In this document: piece by piece, positions 42,201 through 51,170 of the stretch | How positions within the stretch are numbered: position 1 is the stretch's first letter | How the letters are laid out: each line of letters opens with the position of its first letter | Source of the DNA: an uncultured Gemmatimonadales bacterium | GTDB lineage: Bacteria; Gemmatimonadota; Gemmatimonadetes; Longimicrobiales; RSA9 | Direction of reading: 5' to 3' | NCBI GenBank assembly: GCA_963798085.1 | Contig: CAWCRS010000003.1 | Location: 288,001 to 352,000 of the forward strand | Length of the DNA: 64,000 bases | The notes under the pieces: generated by a model | What the model saw: the letters and a program-made list of their open reading frames with translations, nothing else | Told to the model about the DNA's origin: nothing | Database searches by the model: none | Program-made: the position numbers and the translations under genes

Positions 42201-42415
42201 ATCGTGAACGTGCCGTTCGCGTCTGTCAGTCCGCCGTGGTTGCTGCCCTTGATGGAGACCTGGGTTGCCACCAGCGGCTGGCCCGTGCCCGTCTCGGTTA
42301 CGGTGCCACGGACCGTTCCTGTCGACTGTGCCGCCACCGGCCCGGGTCTCGCAAACGCCGCAACGAGCCCGATGGCAACGGCGCCAGCCGTGCTGCGGGT
42401 GAGAACGCGCAACAT
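39275..42415 (-). CDS. SusC/RagA-family TonB-dependent receptor, copy 1
   Basis: AGGAGG RBS; GLDEIVVTG, IRIRGASS, INPADIESIEVIKGPAAATLYGAEAAAGVLQIITKKG, GNPNLKAE, FIKLREL, terminal FNF. Confidence 0.95.
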   Translation of the reverse strand: MLRVLTRSTAGAVAIGLVAAFARPGPVAAQSTGTVRGTVTETGTGQPLVATQVSIKGSNHGGLTDANGTFTIEGVPTGPATVRVESIGFKTIERSVTVAAGQTTVVNFQLQQSAIGLDEIVVTGTAGRTAKRAIGNSVSSIKAAEITEAVPIDNVQQLIQGRTAGVTMLASTGVVGGSSRIRIRGASSLNAGNEPVVYVDGIRVQSGTATTSGNTAQGISLLETINPADIESIEVIKGPAAATLYGAEAAAGVLQIITKKGRPSQGLQWTTNMEYGQVDWNLDQPTTYWLCTDANIDNPTTYPGCQVFDKSMALDQRILVDHPFDMGNRSPGVYKQLEAKGLPTDRFACLFPQQTPCQPNPIRVGDMWNGNMSVRGGGQNYNFYISGEKADEQGTFYNNINRRTAGRANFGFVPSQQLNFSVNVGYALLDQRIPQSDNSSNSILRNSYRARAGATNDQFLPGYRNFIPELSNKYDRDVKAERLTLGITTNYNPFRWFQNRLVVGLDRNDRSNRVFNQIDNTGLAPFGSNAAAGNVSIDYPLQYLWTVDYTGTATANLSQSYTSTFSTGMQLVKRRSSDVGISGQGLVSNSLNLVSAAASRSSSQSFSEQTSLGFFVQEQLGWKDRLFGTAAVRVDDNSAFGKDFSLVVYPKASLSYVISEESFFHVPWINELKLRGAWGQAGNAPAPFSADRTYRSDRSVVGDAAVNTVRPSAYGNPNLKAETGQEIEVGYDASLFGGRIGTEFTYYNKSTKDALIGVSDPRSSGFSGTHLINVGEINNHGVELSVDASPLRSPSLQWDVVATFASNHNKLVSFGTDAQGNPTLNEIAFGEFASVQRHREGYPMGGYWATDVQRDANGQPILNSAGQATPVSCVWDVQHPENCNETFVGPQLPTRQIGLTNTFSLLGALRLYAFLDYQGGHYQWCALCSVRTRIDQNTQQINDPNLDPVEKARLLSLQTKEFIYPADFIKLRELSLTYTLPRRWVSRYGFSRAALTVSGRNLWLATKYKGSADPEVAFTSTAEFTTSDYASIPQLRRWLISMAFNF

Positions 42416-42844
42416 TGCTTCCTCCTGTTGTGAGTAGAGCCTCCTGTGGACGTGTTGTAATGCCGGGCATTCCCCGGGGATGGGACTCAGGCCCCCCCGT
42501 GGTCGAAAATGACCATTGCACCGCCGGCACGTCCCCCTGTGGACGTCACCTGCGGTCCCGGCACCGCGCGAAGAAAAACCAAGAGCCGGGTCCGATGGGA
42601 CTCGGATCCGCGCGGGCACCGCTTGTCGCTGCTTTTTGGGCTGTTACCGGAGAAACACGACTTTCCTGGCTGCGGAAACTGCGTCGTGGCCCCGTCTGTC
42701 CCCTGCGATCAACGGATCAGGTATGCGATCCGTGTTTTGTTCGAGTAGCGGCAATATGGGGAGAAAGGACGCGTTGGGCAAGCGGCGGTGGTTGCAGGCT
42801 GGCCAATTGGGTGCTTTGGGCCCGGGCGCCACGGCCGGGCCGGC

Positions 42845-43006
42845 GAACGACCTCATCACACAGAGGCCTCAGGGGCCACAGAGGAACGACATCATCACAC
42901 GGAGGCTGACGAGAGGTTCAGGGGTCATAGAGGAACGACATCATCACACTGGGGCCTCAGGGCATCAGAGAACGGCGTCATCACACAGGGGGCAGCAGGG
43001 GAACGG
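42845..43006. repeat. Four degenerate direct repeats with core GAACG(A/G)CNTCATCACAC
   Basis: Cores at about 42845, 42884, 42933 and 42970, with related linkers containing CAGGG. Confidence 0.85.
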
Positions 43007-43040
43007 AATCTGGCGGTCGTGCACGGGCGGGAAAGCGCGC

Positions 43041-43070
43041 AGGGGCGCGGCGATCACTCGCCGCGCCCCT
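43041..43070 (-). terminator. Perfect 13-bp hairpin downstream of susD copy 2
   Basis: AGGGGCGCGGCGA-TCAC-TCGCCGCGCCCCT. Confidence 0.65.
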
Positions 43071-43098
43071 CTAACTGCTTGTTATGCGATCCCCGCGA

Positions 43099-44466
43099 TC
43101 AGGACGTACGCTTGATGTTGGGGTTGCCGACGTACTCGGTGCTGGGCAGCGGGAAGCACGTGGCGGTGCCGTAGGGGCCCCACTCGGGGTTCGGGTGAAT
43201 GCCCGTCGGGAAGAAGTCGCCACCCCCTTCGGCTGCCGTCTGCGTCATCCAGCGGCGCAGGTCGCCGAGGCGATTGCCACCCAGGTAGGTGTCACGCGCG
43301 CGCTGCTCGTGCAGCTCGAGCATGAGGTCACGGCCGGACAGATTCACGGCTGTCTGGTTGCCGTAGGCCCGCCGCGAATTGACGAAGTCGAGCGTGGTGC
43401 CCAGCGGGCCGGTGCCGCTCGGACCGGCGGCCTCGTAGTAGTCGTGCATCGCTTCGAGATACGAGGCGAGCTTGATGTCCGTGTCGTTGGCGTACAGGAT
43501 CGGCTTGCCACCGGTCGCCTGCGTCTGCGCATTGTAGCCGCTGTAGGGCAGCGACTGGTAGGGCTTGTACAGCTTGGTAAGCGCGTTGTGACCGAAGCTC
43601 CAGCTGGTGGTGTGCTGGATGCGGGGATCCGTCTGCGTTGCCACCAGGTTCTGCGTGCCGAACGTGCCGTTCAGGAACTTGGGTGACACGCCAATGTTGT
43701 GGTTGGCGCCCGTGACGTCGCCGGCGAGTGGATCGTTGACGATCTGGTCCTTGTACTCGACCCACCAGACGAAGTTGGCGGGCACCTGCTGCGCCGCGGA
43801 CATCACCTTCGCCTTGTCGCCGGCGAGCAGCGCGGCGCGGGCCAGACCGGCGCGCGCCAGGTTGGCAACGTCAGTGGCCGTCGAGCCCACCGCATTGGCG
43901 ATCGTGATGGCTTCCTCGAACCTCGGAATCGCCAGCTGCGCGAGTTCCTTGGGCGAGTAGATCTTGGCACCCACGTTAATGGTGGCCTCGCACATGGTTT
44001 CTGCCATCAACGTGTACGAGTAGCCGGCGTGGGCGAGGATCAACGCCATGCGCCGGTCCTTGCTGGGATCGCTGAGCAGCGTCCGGAAGCGCCCAGGGAT
44101 GCTGTCCGCGAGGAAACGGTACCGACTGACATCGCGGAACATGATGTCGGCATCGCCTTCATTGTACTGCACGATGCGCAGGTTGAGGCGGGCCGTCTGC
44201 TCCCAGTTGATGCCCGTGATCTCCTCATCCGTGAACATCTCGCCGCGCCAGATCAGATCGTCGGCGTAGTAGTTGGTAAGCGCGCCAATCACGCTGTTCA
44301 CCATGATGTTGACCAGCGTCGCGTCGTTCAGCTGGGTCTCATCAATGGCGGCCGGGTTATCGGCCGCCAGCAGCTTGTCGACGGTGCTGCAGCCCGCGAA
44401 CGCCAGGGCCGCGCACGCGGCCAGTACAGCGGCGCCGCGGCGAAATGCGTTGGTTCGAGTCTGCAT
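43099..44466 (-). CDS. SusD/RagB-like lipoprotein, copy 2
   Basis: ALAFAGC lipobox; collinear paralog of copy 1. Confidence 0.92.
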   Translation of the reverse strand: MQTRTNAFRRGAAVLAACAALAFAGCSTVDKLLAADNPAAIDETQLNDATLVNIMVNSVIGALTNYYADDLIWRGEMFTDEEITGINWEQTARLNLRIVQYNEGDADIMFRDVSRYRFLADSIPGRFRTLLSDPSKDRRMALILAHAGYSYTLMAETMCEATINVGAKIYSPKELAQLAIPRFEEAITIANAVGSTATDVANLARAGLARAALLAGDKAKVMSAAQQVPANFVWWVEYKDQIVNDPLAGDVTGANHNIGVSPKFLNGTFGTQNLVATQTDPRIQHTTSWSFGHNALTKLYKPYQSLPYSGYNAQTQATGGKPILYANDTDIKLASYLEAMHDYYEAAGPSGTGPLGTTLDFVNSRRAYGNQTAVNLSGRDLMLELHEQRARDTYLGGNRLGDLRRWMTQTAAEGGGDFFPTGIHPNPEWGPYGTATCFPLPSTEYVGNPNIKRTS

Positions 44467-44500
44467 ACAGGTCCCTTTCTCCTTGTCGTTCGCCGTAGCG

Positions 44501-47500
44501 CTAGAAGTTGAAGGCCATGGAAATGAGCCAGCGCCGCAGCTGCGGGATGGACGCGTAGTCCAATGTCGTGAAGTCAGCCGTGCTGGTGAACGCCACTTCC
44601 GGATCCGCGCTGCCCTTGTACTTGGTGGACAGCCAGAGATTGCGACCCGAGACCGTGATCGCGGCGCGGCTGAAGCCGTAGCGCGAGGTCCAGCGCCTGG
44701 GCAGCGTATACGTGGCGGAAAGCTCACGCAGCTTGAGGAAATCCGCGGGCATAATGAACGTCTTGGTCTGCAGCGAGAGCAGCACCGCCTTCTGGACCGG
44801 GTCCAGGTTGGGGTCGTTGATCTGCTGCGTGTTCTGGTCGATGCGCGTGCGCACGGAGCATAGCGCGCACCACTGGTATTGGCCGCCCTGGTAGTCGAGG
44901 AAGGCATAGAGACGGAGGGCGCCCAGGAGATTCAGCGTGTTGGTCAGCCCCACCTGACGCGTGGGCAGCATGGGCCCGACGTAGGTCTCCCCGCAGTTCT
45001 CCGGGTGCTGCACGTCCCAGATGCAGGTGACTGTGGTAGCTGCTCCGTTGGCATTCAGGATCGGATTGCCGCTGGCATCGCGCTGCACGTCCGTGGCCCA
45101 GTAGCCACCCAGCGGATAGCCCTCGCGGTGACGCTGCACGCTCGCGAACTCGCCGAACGTGAGCTCGTTGAGCGTGGGATTCCCCTGCGCGTCCGTGCCG
45201 AAGCTGACCAGCTTGTTGTGGTTCGAGGCGAACGTGGCGATCACGTCCCACTGCAGGTTCGGCTTGCGCACCGGTGAAGCGTCCACGGACAGCTCGACGC
45301 CGTGGTTGTTGATCTCGCCGACGTTGATGAGGTGCGTGCCGCTGAAGCCGGAGGAGCGCGGGTCGGAAACAGGGATCAGCGCGTCTTTCGTCGACTTGTT
45401 GTAGTAGGTGAACTCAGTGCTGACGCGCCCCCCGAAGAGTGAAGCGTCATAGCCCAGCTCGATCTCCTGGCCGGTCTCCGCCTTCAGGTTGGGGTTGCCA
45501 TAGGCGGACGGCCGAACCGTGTTGACAGCCGCATCACCCACTACGGAGCGATCGGACGTGTAGGTGCGGTCCGCGGAGAACGGCGCCGGTGCGTTGCCGG
45601 CCTGGCCCCACGCGCCGCGCAGCTTCAGCTCGTTGATCCAGGGTACGTGGAAGAAGCTCTCCTCCGAGATCACGTAGCTGAGTGAGGCCTTCGGGTAGAC
45701 CACCAGCGAGAAGTCCTTGCCGAACGCGGAGTTGTCATCCACGCGCACGGCCGCCGTGCCGAACAGGCGGTCCTTGAAGCCCACCTGCTCCTGCACGTAG
45801 AAGCCCAGCGACGTCTGCTCCGAGAAGCTCTGGCTGGAGGAGCGGGTCGCCGCGGCGCTGACCAGGTTCAGGCTGTTGGACACCAGACCCTGGCCGGAGA
45901 TGCCCACGTTCGACGACCGGCGCTTGTTCAGCTGCATGCCGGTGGAGAAGGTGGACGTGTAGTTCTGTGACAGGTTTGCCGTGACCGTGCCCGAGTAGTC
46001 GACCGTCCACAGGTACTGCAGCGGATAGTCGATGGACACTGTGCCGGTGGCGGCATTGGCGCCGAAGGGCGCGAGGCCGGTCTGATCGATCTGGTTGAAT
46101 GTGCGATTGCTGCGATCGTTCCGGTCGAGCCCGACCACCAGCCGGTTCTGGAACCAGCGCCACGGGTTGTAATTCGTTGTTATGCCGAGCGTGAGCCGCT
46201 CCGCCTTCACGTCGCGGTCGTACTTGTTGCTCAGCTCGGGAATGAAGTTGCGGTAACCGGGCAGGAACTGGTCGTTGGCGGCGCCGGCACGCGCGCGGAA
46301 GGAGTTCCGCAGGATGCTGTTGGACGAGTTGTCGGACTGCGGAATGCGCTGGTCCAGCAGCGCGTAGCCCACGTTCACCGCGAAGTTCAGCTGCTGCGAC
46401 GGCACGAACCCGAAATTGGCCCGTCCCGCCGTGCGCCGGTTGATGTTGTTGTAGAAAGTGCCCTGCTCATCCGACTTCTCGCCCGACATGTAGAAGTTGT
46501 AGCTCTGGCCGCCGCCGCGCACCGACATGTTGCCGTTCCACAGGTCGCCGACGCGGATCGGATTGGGCTGACAGGGCGTCTGCTGAGGGAACAGGCAGGC
46601 GAAGTGGTCCGTGGGCAGCCCCTTGTCCTGCAGCTGTTTGTACACGCCCGGCGAGCGGTTGCCCATGTCGAACGGGTGATCGACGAGAATCCGCTTGTCC
46701 AGCGGGTCGCTCTTGCTGAACACCTGACAGCCCGGATACGTCACGGCGTTGTCGATGTTGGAGTCGGTGCAGAGCCAGTAGGTGGTGGGCTGATCGAGGT
46801 TCCAGTCCACCTGGCCGTACTCCATGTTCGCCGTCCACTGCAGGCCCTCGGCCGGGCGACCCTTCTTGGTAATGATCTGGAGCACACCGGCCGCCGCTTC
46901 GGCGCCGTACAACGTTGCGGCCGCAGGGCCTTTGATCACCTCGATCGACTCAATGTCGGCCGGGTTGATCGATTCGAGCATGCTGATGCCCTGCGCGGTG
47001 TTGCCTTCAGTTGACTGCGTGCCGGACTGAATGCGGATCCCGTCGACGTAGACGACCGGGTCATTGCCCGCATTGATCGAACCGGCGCCGCGAATGCGGA
47101 TGCGTGAGCTGCCACCCACCACGCCCGTGGACGCGAGCAGCGTCACGCCCGGTGTGCGGCCCTGGATCAGCTGCTGCACGTTGTCGATGGGCGCGACTTG
47201 GGTAATGGTCGCGGCCTTGATCGAACCGACGGAGTTGCCGACTGCGCGCTTGGCCGTACGGCCCGCGGTTCCGGTAACCACGATTTCGTCCAGGCCGATC
47301 GCGGACTGCTGCAGCTGGAAGTTGGCGGTTGCGGTCTGCCCGCCCGCTACGGTTACAGCCTGCTCAATGGTCTTGAAGCCAATGGATTCCACGCGAATGG
47401 TAGCAGGGCCCGCCGGGACGCCTGCAATGGTGTAGTTGCCGGAGGCATCGGTGAGTGAGCCGTGCGTTGTCCCCTTGATCGAGACCTGAGCGCCGACCAT

Positions 47501-47668
47501 CGGCTTCCCCGTGCCGGTTTCCGTAACGCTGCCGTGCACGGTACCTGTCGCCTGCGCGGCCGCGGAGCGCGGTGCGGTGAACAGCAGCGACAGCAGGCCT
47601 GCGGCCGCGAATGCGGCCCGGAGCCGGACGGCGCGCGCGCCCGCTCTTCCTGGGAGAGCTTGCGGCAT
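44501..47668 (-). CDS. SusC/RagA-family TonB-dependent receptor, copy 2
   Basis: AAGGAGGT RBS before MPQALPG; same motifs as copy 1. Confidence 0.95.
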   Translation of the reverse strand: MPQALPGRAGARAVRLRAAFAAAGLLSLLFTAPRSAAAQATGTVHGSVTETGTGKPMVGAQVSIKGTTHGSLTDASGNYTIAGVPAGPATIRVESIGFKTIEQAVTVAGGQTATANFQLQQSAIGLDEIVVTGTAGRTAKRAVGNSVGSIKAATITQVAPIDNVQQLIQGRTPGVTLLASTGVVGGSSRIRIRGAGSINAGNDPVVYVDGIRIQSGTQSTEGNTAQGISMLESINPADIESIEVIKGPAAATLYGAEAAAGVLQIITKKGRPAEGLQWTANMEYGQVDWNLDQPTTYWLCTDSNIDNAVTYPGCQVFSKSDPLDKRILVDHPFDMGNRSPGVYKQLQDKGLPTDHFACLFPQQTPCQPNPIRVGDLWNGNMSVRGGGQSYNFYMSGEKSDEQGTFYNNINRRTAGRANFGFVPSQQLNFAVNVGYALLDQRIPQSDNSSNSILRNSFRARAGAANDQFLPGYRNFIPELSNKYDRDVKAERLTLGITTNYNPWRWFQNRLVVGLDRNDRSNRTFNQIDQTGLAPFGANAATGTVSIDYPLQYLWTVDYSGTVTANLSQNYTSTFSTGMQLNKRRSSNVGISGQGLVSNSLNLVSAAATRSSSQSFSEQTSLGFYVQEQVGFKDRLFGTAAVRVDDNSAFGKDFSLVVYPKASLSYVISEESFFHVPWINELKLRGAWGQAGNAPAPFSADRTYTSDRSVVGDAAVNTVRPSAYGNPNLKAETGQEIELGYDASLFGGRVSTEFTYYNKSTKDALIPVSDPRSSGFSGTHLINVGEINNHGVELSVDASPVRKPNLQWDVIATFASNHNKLVSFGTDAQGNPTLNELTFGEFASVQRHREGYPLGGYWATDVQRDASGNPILNANGAATTVTCIWDVQHPENCGETYVGPMLPTRQVGLTNTLNLLGALRLYAFLDYQGGQYQWCALCSVRTRIDQNTQQINDPNLDPVQKAVLLSLQTKTFIMPADFLKLRELSATYTLPRRWTSRYGFSRAAITVSGRNLWLSTKYKGSADPEVAFTSTADFTTLDYASIPQLRRWLISMAFNF

Positions 47669-47730
47669 ACTTCCCACCTCCTTGGACAAGGTTTGCTGAA
47701 AAACCCGAAACGACTCCCGCATTCGCGTGC

Positions 47731-47748
47731 GTATGCGCATGCGCATAC
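47731..47748. promoter_or_regulatory. Perfect 18-bp palindrome upstream of susC copy 2, candidate operator
   Basis: GTATGCGCATGCGCATAC, about 60 bp upstream of the start codon. Confidence 0.45.
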
Positions 47749-47976
47749 AGGGATACCGCTGCCCCGATTCAGACGTAGGCCGAATCGGTCCTGCAGACTG
47801 AAAAAGACAGGCTGACCGCACCGGAAAATGACCTGTCCGGCCGGCCCTGATGACCCGGTATTCTTGACTATCGATATGTGCGCAACTTGTCGGGAACGCG
47901 CGAACGACCCCGAATGAGACAGCACAGCCATTTGTCATTCGAGTGTCACTTCCTGACAGGCGTTGCTTGGTCTGAT

Positions 47977-48113
47977 TGCTGGGGCTGGTTGCTCGGGAAT
48001 GGCGGGCTGGGGCTCAGGGCTCGGGCTGGGGCTCGTCGCTCGGGCTGGGCTCGGGGCTGGGGCTACGGGTTTAGCCTCTGGTTCCGGGGGGCTGGGCTCG
48101 GGCTGGGGCCAGG
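47977..48113. repeat. Low-complexity GGGCT(C/G) hexamer tract
   Basis: Many GGGCTG/GGGCTC units; a shorter tract of the same unit at about 55467-55488. Confidence 0.75.
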
Positions 48114-48477
48114 GTTCGGAAATAGTGAGATCGCGTGCCTTCATGGACGGCTGTGCCTCTGGTGACCGCGGGGCAGCGCGCTGGGCTCGCCGAAGCCTCG
48201 CGTGGCACCGCGCGCGGGCGCGGCGCGCGTGCGATATCGGTTGAACCTGTGAACCTGCATGGGGCCGGGCATCGGGATGCACCGCGGGGTCGGACGCAGG
48301 GAACGGAGGAGGTTCATGTCAGGCCCGCAATGGCTCCGGCGTTGCTATATTCGTGTGTGCGCCCGCAAGCGGCGCATGCACGGCCAGGGTTCGGTCCAAC
48401 CATTCCCCCCGGATCGAACAGAACCCTTTCGACACCCGACCGCAGTGCTGGCATCGGGGCCGGATCGGCTGAGTGCT

Positions 48478-49761
48478 ATGACAGACGAGCACCGCACCCG
48501 AAAAAGCGGAGCGCGCCGCTGCCCGGAAGCGAGCCGGCCCGGATGGCTGCGTGTCGCCTGTGCGTCCGTCCTGCTGACGACGATGCTGATCGTGCCCGGG
48601 CAGGCACGCGCGCAGAGTGGCTCGTTGCGGGGTCTGGTCGTGGATTCGTCGACGCGCGCGCCGGTGGTGGGCGCATCCATTCTGATCGGCGGCACCTCGC
48701 GCACGGTCCTTACCAATGATCACGGCGTGTTCTCGTTCCAGGACGTGCCTGCTGGCAGCTATGTGCTCGGCGTCAGCCACATTGCGTACGGCGATCGCAA
48801 GACGCGCGTCGAGGTGGTGGCGGGACAGGAAGTGGCCATCCGGTTGGCGCTCTCGCCCAGCGCCATTCACCTGGAGCCGCTGAACGTCGTCGTGCCGGAT
48901 GCACCCACGCCCGGCCGGGCCCAGGGCACGCGACAGAATGTGGTTACGCGGGATGAGATCGAGAGCAGCCTGTCCAAGGGCCTGGGTGTAGGCGACGTGC
49001 TGCAGCAGCGCGTGCCGGGTGTGCACGTGCGGCGCCAGGAGAAGATCGTAGGCGGGGATATCTGCATCGAGCTGCGCAGCATCCGCGCGACCGAGGACCG
49101 GGCCTGCCATTCACCTGCAGTCTTTCTCAATGGCGTACCCATCAACAACCCCACCACGCTGTACAGCACGCTGAGTCTGGAGATGATCGAGAGCATGGAG
49201 GTGGTACAGGCCTCCGAAGCGGGCGTGCGTTACGGCACCGGTGCGATGTACGGGGCGCTTCTGATCGAGACGCGGAGACCGGGCGCGGCGCGGACGTTAC
49301 CGACGCGTGGACTACGGCCGTTCGACTGGACGCTCGATCCGCGGCCGCATCCGTTCAGCCGTGCTTTCGCCTATTCGCTGGTGGGCAGCGCGGCGGGGCT
49401 GGCGCTGGGCGTGACCGCGGCCAACCAGTGCATTGCGCTGCGCAGTCCGGCGAAGGACAGCATCATCACGAAATGCGACACCTGGCCCACCGTCGGCTCG
49501 GCCGTGGCGGCCATGGTGCTGCCAGCCCTTGGCGGTGCGTTCGGTGCGAGCCTGGGCGGCAAGACCCATCTGTCGAAGGGGATGGTGATCCCGGCCGCCG
49601 TGGGCGCCACCATGGCGCTAATGCCCGGTTATGCCCTCGCCATCAGCAGCGAGCGGCAGAACTCCAACGCGCTGGGCGCCATCGCCGGCGGGCTGCTTAC
49701 CCTGGGCGTACCTCTGGCCGCCTCGCTCAGCGACCGGCTCTACCGCTCACTCCGCCATTAG
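48478..49761 (+). CDS. Carboxypeptidase-regulatory-like plus TonB plug-domain protein with hydrophobic helical C-terminus, no beta-barrel
   Basis: LRGLVVDSSTRAPVVGASI..TNDHGVF; VVTRDEIE; PAVFLNGVP; IESMEVV..AGVRYGTGAMYGALLIETRR; four Gly/Ala-rich hydrophobic segments; start uncertain. Confidence 0.78.
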   Translation: MTDEHRTRKSGARRCPEASRPGWLRVACASVLLTTMLIVPGQARAQSGSLRGLVVDSSTRAPVVGASILIGGTSRTVLTNDHGVFSFQDVPAGSYVLGVSHIAYGDRKTRVEVVAGQEVAIRLALSPSAIHLEPLNVVVPDAPTPGRAQGTRQNVVTRDEIESSLSKGLGVGDVLQQRVPGVHVRRQEKIVGGDICIELRSIRATEDRACHSPAVFLNGVPINNPTTLYSTLSLEMIESMEVVQASEAGVRYGTGAMYGALLIETRRPGAARTLPTRGLRPFDWTLDPRPHPFSRAFAYSLVGSAAGLALGVTAANQCIALRSPAKDSIITKCDTWPTVGSAVAAMVLPALGGAFGASLGGKTHLSKGMVIPAAVGATMALMPGYALAISSERQNSNALGAIAGGLLTLGVPLAASLSDRLYRSLRH

Positions 49762-49804
49762 GCCTCCGCGCGCTCACCGCGGAGGAAGCGGAGGGGTGCG
49801 GTAG

Positions 49805-49946
49805 CGGACCGTCTTGGCGTTCTTTCCTTCCGCCACGCCCGCCCATACCTGCGTCCCATACCGAAATCGACTGACCACTTCTCATGCTGCGGCGGGTCAC
49901 GCCGATTCGGACGGCGGCCGGAATGCAAGAATGCCAGGACGGTCCG
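49805..49946. repeat. 142-bp element bounded by 20-bp inverted repeats (MITE/REPIN-like)
   Basis: CGGACCGTCTTGGCGTTCTT (49805-49824) and AAGAATGCCAGGACGGTCCG (49927-49946); nested inner stems. Confidence 0.75.
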
Positions 49947-50162
49947 ATAACAGATGGGATCAGGGACAAGTGCAGGACGATGGGGTCGGGCAGGGGGCGG
50001 GTTGGTGGGTGACGGAGGTGTTGATGTGGAGCACGGCGGGTGGCGGGAAGTCAGCTCCGCGTTTCGTGGTAACAGGGTGCCAGCGCTTCCAGCCTGCGTA
50101 CTCAGAATCCGTTGACAAGTATTCTGTCAGAAATCCCCTGACCTGCATGCGACCCGTCTGAA

Positions 50163-51170
50163 TTACGCCACGCCCTCCGCGTGCTCTTGCGGTGAGAGCC
50201 GTGTGAGAACGGCCCAGCCGAGGAGCGGGATCATGATTTCGTGGTGGCCGGTGAGCTGGTAGCCGGTGCCGCCGCCGGTGCGGGTGGGGCGCTCCACGAC
50301 GTTCACGCGGGGCCGGTACTGGCGTATCATGTCGAAGTCGGCGGCCGTGAAGCGGCGGGGGGTGCCGTGGTGGATGTTACGGCAGACAGTAAGCGCCTTG
50401 AGGAAGACTTCGGGCATGATAACAGCGGAGCCGAAGTTGAGCACCACGCCTTCCTCGACGCGTTCGAGGTGCGCGGCCAGGCGGCGGAAGTCGGTGAGGC
50501 TGGTCTGGCCGATGGCGGCGCCGTCGGCGGCGGGGTGCTGGTGCGTGATTTCCGCGCCAATGGCGGCGTGCACGGTGAAGCCGATGCCGAGGCGGCGTGC
50601 GGCCAGCAGCAGTGACAGCTCCGGCTGCCGCAGGTCCGGGCGGGCGGCGAGGGCTTCGGCAAGCGATTCTCCGAGGCCGTTGCCCTGCTTGGCGCCGTGC
50701 GTGATGGCCTGGTTGATCTCCTGGCCGGTTTCCTCGGCCATGCCGAAGCTGCCATCGGCGAGGCCGGCTTCCACGTCTTCACTGGTCCCTCCCCAGCGGG
50801 CCATTTCGTAGTCATGAATGACGGCGCTGCCGTTGCTGGCGAGGTGTGTGATAACACCCTGTTCCATGAGGCGGATCAGGATGGGCGACAGGCCGGTCTT
50901 GACGACGTGGCCACCCAGCATGCAGAGCACGCCGCGGCGCTGTCTCGCGGCGGCAGCAAGAGCGTCGACCACGGCGAGGAAGCTGCGGGCCTCGAGGATA
51001 TCGGGCAGCGCGTCGATGAATGCGGTAAAGCTGCGGTCCTCGCCGGGGGGATGCGCGAACTGGCTGGCGTCGACCTTGTTGGGGCGGGCGCTGACGGGAA
51101 CCGTGCGGATGCGCGACGCGTCGATCTCCGGCACATCGCTCGGGGAGCGCTGCCGGGGCGCGTCGCTCAC
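50163..51170 (-). CDS. Conserved hypothetical protein, possible deoxyhypusine-synthase-like fold
   Basis: MLGGHVVKTGL, ITHLASNGS..IHDYE, GSFGMAEETG, NFGSAVIMPEVFLKAL, GHHEIMIPLL. Confidence 0.75.
   Translation of the reverse strand: MSDAPRQRSPSDVPEIDASRIRTVPVSARPNKVDASQFAHPPGEDRSFTAFIDALPDILEARSFLAVVDALAAAARQRRGVLCMLGGHVVKTGLSPILIRLMEQGVITHLASNGSAVIHDYEMARWGGTSEDVEAGLADGSFGMAEETGQEINQAITHGAKQGNGLGESLAEALAARPDLRQPELSLLLAARRLGIGFTVHAAIGAEITHQHPAADGAAIGQTSLTDFRRLAAHLERVEEGVVLNFGSAVIMPEVFLKALTVCRNIHHGTPRRFTAADFDMIRQYRPRVNVVERPTRTGGGTGYQLTGHHEIMIPLLGWAVLTRLSPQEHAEGVA

Noticed and set aside
42845..43006. CRISPR array
   Set aside because: Core only about 17 bp and degenerate, linkers unequal and similar to each other, no cas genes in the window
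47935..48282. Pro-rich 115-aa ORF
   Set aside because: Explained by translation of the hexamer tract; no RBS or family signal
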